NCBI GenBank assembly: GCA_028695865.1
Contig: JAQVID010000001.1
Coordinates: forward strand, 1 to 26,343
Length of the DNA stretch: 26,343 bases
Source of the DNA: Thermoguttaceae bacterium
Lineage (GTDB): Bacteria; Planctomycetota; Planctomycetia; Pirellulales; Thermoguttaceae
Direction of reading: 5' to 3'
The notes beneath the pieces were generated by a model. It was not told the origin of the DNA, searched no databases, and saw only the letters and a list, made by a program, of their open reading frames with translations. The translations under genes were made by a program, and so were the position numbers. Positions 25,052 through 26,343 of the stretch are shown here, piece after piece; the first letter of the stretch is position 1, and the number at the start of each line of letters is the position of its first letter.

Positions 25052-25207
25052 CTGAATCCAGACCAGATCAAAAGGCGGCAATGGACTCCCCGTTTACCTT
25101 CGGAAAAACTCGGAAAACGGGGACATCAGACCGTGCGACGCGAAAAATCATGCAAAAGCAGAAATGTCCCCGAAACGATGCGGATACTTACCGCGAAAGG
25201 AACGAGC

Positions 25208-26343
25208 TTAACGCGATGTTTTCGTGGTATACGTCGACGACATGGGGGCAAGCGTTGTTCCGTCTTGTCCCTGCCAGGGCTTATCGCCGAAATTGACGGT
25301 GACGACGACACCATTTGCGAACGTCGTCTGCTGAACCTGACGATCAGGCGTCAAAAAGCGATGGTCAAGCATTTCGACGCCGCCGGCAATGAGCGATGTT
25401 TTCTGCGCAAGCCGGTAACTGTCGGCAATTTCGTTCTTGTGAACTTTCCAGAACTTATCATCGAAACGGTACATCGGCGGCGTGGCATAAAGCACATTAA
25501 ACAGATCTCGTTTTTTCCAGATTTGCGACCTTGCGTTATTAAAGTCGTACCACCAGTTGTAAGCGACCGTGCAGTCGTGATAAACCAGTTCCCAAAGCGG
25601 CAGACGATAGTATTCGCCGACACCGTATTTAATCACGTTGGCGGGCGGATCGTCGTCGAAATGCTCCAGCGTTTTGGCGTCTGAAACGACCATGTATCCA
25701 CCCATGCTCATCATGCCTTCATAAAAATCGCAATAAGGAACCGAGGCATCGCGTCCTGTTTCGCTTCCGCAAACCAGGTGAAACTTATCGCCCATAAGAG
25801 CGAGGAGTTTCATTTTCCAGATTCGGCTGTCCGTGCGAGTCATCGGGTGATCGGGATTCCAACATTCGCGCCACGGAGTTGAAGTCGTTGTGTCGAGGAA
25901 TCGGGCAGAGTAGGGGACTTTGGCCAAATCTTCAGGAATCACACGATTGGCATAGTCAAGCGATTTTGTATCGCAAAGAACATCGCAAGGAATTCGCGGC
26001 TTGTTCGGGTCTTTATTGGGAGCGTGCCACCCTTTGGTGTGAGTGCCTTCAGGGTCTTTCCACATAATATCTTTGGGCCATGCGCCTTTGAGATGACTGC
26101 CAGGTATCCCCCCCAATTGGGAGTGAAGTGCCGGATCGACCAGGTCCTGATAGATATCGTATCGACTGGTGAGCACATGAGGCGAGCGGTTCATCTCGGC
26201 AATTTCAGAGCCCTGTCCGCCTCCGCTCCAAAGAAGATGATCCATTCCCAAGGCGAGCATATCATTGAATACACGCAGCTTGTTATTGCCGAAATACCAA
26301 ATGTTCGCGGCTCCTTTGAGTCGGGCAAGTCCATCGGTCAGAG
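25208..26343 (-). CDS. Glycoside hydrolase of the GH129/GH101-related (GHL) group, C-terminal part (5' end outside the window)
   Basis: The frame is open to the window edge (LTDGLARLKGAANIWYF...). Motifs SRYDIYQD, RFLDTTT, CGSETG, DFYEGMMS, YRLPLWELVYHDC, RDLFNVLYATPPM and QQTTFANGVVVTVNFG. Confidence 0.7.
   Translation of the reverse strand, partial: LTDGLARLKGAANIWYFGNNKLRVFNDMLALGMDHLLWSGGGQGSEIAEMNRSPHVLTSRYDIYQDLVDPALHSQLGGIPGSHLKGAWPKDIMWKDPEGTHTKGWHAPNKDPNKPRIPCDVLCDTKSLDYANRVIPEDLAKVPYSARFLDTTTSTPWRECWNPDHPMTRTDSRIWKMKLLALMGDKFHLVCGSETGRDASVPYCDFYEGMMSMGGYMVVSDAKTLEHFDDDPPANVIKYGVGEYYRLPLWELVYHDCTVAYNWWYDFNNARSQIWKKRDLFNVLYATPPMYRFDDKFWKVHKNEIADSYRLAQKTSLIAGGVEMLDHRFLTPDRQVQQTTFANGVVVTVNFGDKPWQGQDGTTLAPMSSTYTTKTSR

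Noticed and set aside
25037-25684. 215-aa plus-strand ORF after the kinase
   Set aside because: It overlaps the hydrolase gene antisense and runs through the terminator-like hairpins.
1-26343. rRNA, tRNA, tmRNA, CRISPR arrays and intact transposases or integrases
   Set aside because: No matching sequence or structure was seen by eye. A covariance-model scan would be needed to exclude small RNAs.

Overview
Mostly ordinary chromosomal DNA, probably from a planctomycete. That assignment is inferred from a DUF1559 prepilin-type gene with its partner lipoprotein, a giant Ser/Thr kinase-WD40 protein and a planctomycete-style GT-C glycosyltransferase. Gene order: partial cstA, GT-C/ArnT-like glycosyltransferase, ettA, DUF4416, an orphan rfbB, a complete ADP-heptose operon (hldE-gmhA-gmhB-hldD), a convergent AT-rich FkbM-like methyltransferase, a minus-strand operon (NSS sodium symporter then U32/RlhA-like protein), a divergent lipoprotein plus DUF1559 pair, a 1883-aa kinase-TM-WD40 protein and a partial convergent GH129/GH101-like hydrolase. 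The main feature not in the ORF track is a pair of mutually inverted IS66-like ends at 11931 and 19323. They share a sub-terminal motif. A decayed transposase N-terminus lies just inside the left end and a probable decayed C-terminus lies inside the right end, with four intact genes (about 6.2 kb) between them. Each end carries an outward-facing sigma70-type promoter aimed at the flanking gene: the methyltransferase on the left and the kinase on the right. There is no target-site duplication, so a single mobile unit is not proven. No rRNA, tRNA or CRISPR array was seen. All family assignments come from motif recognition by eye; no database was searched.
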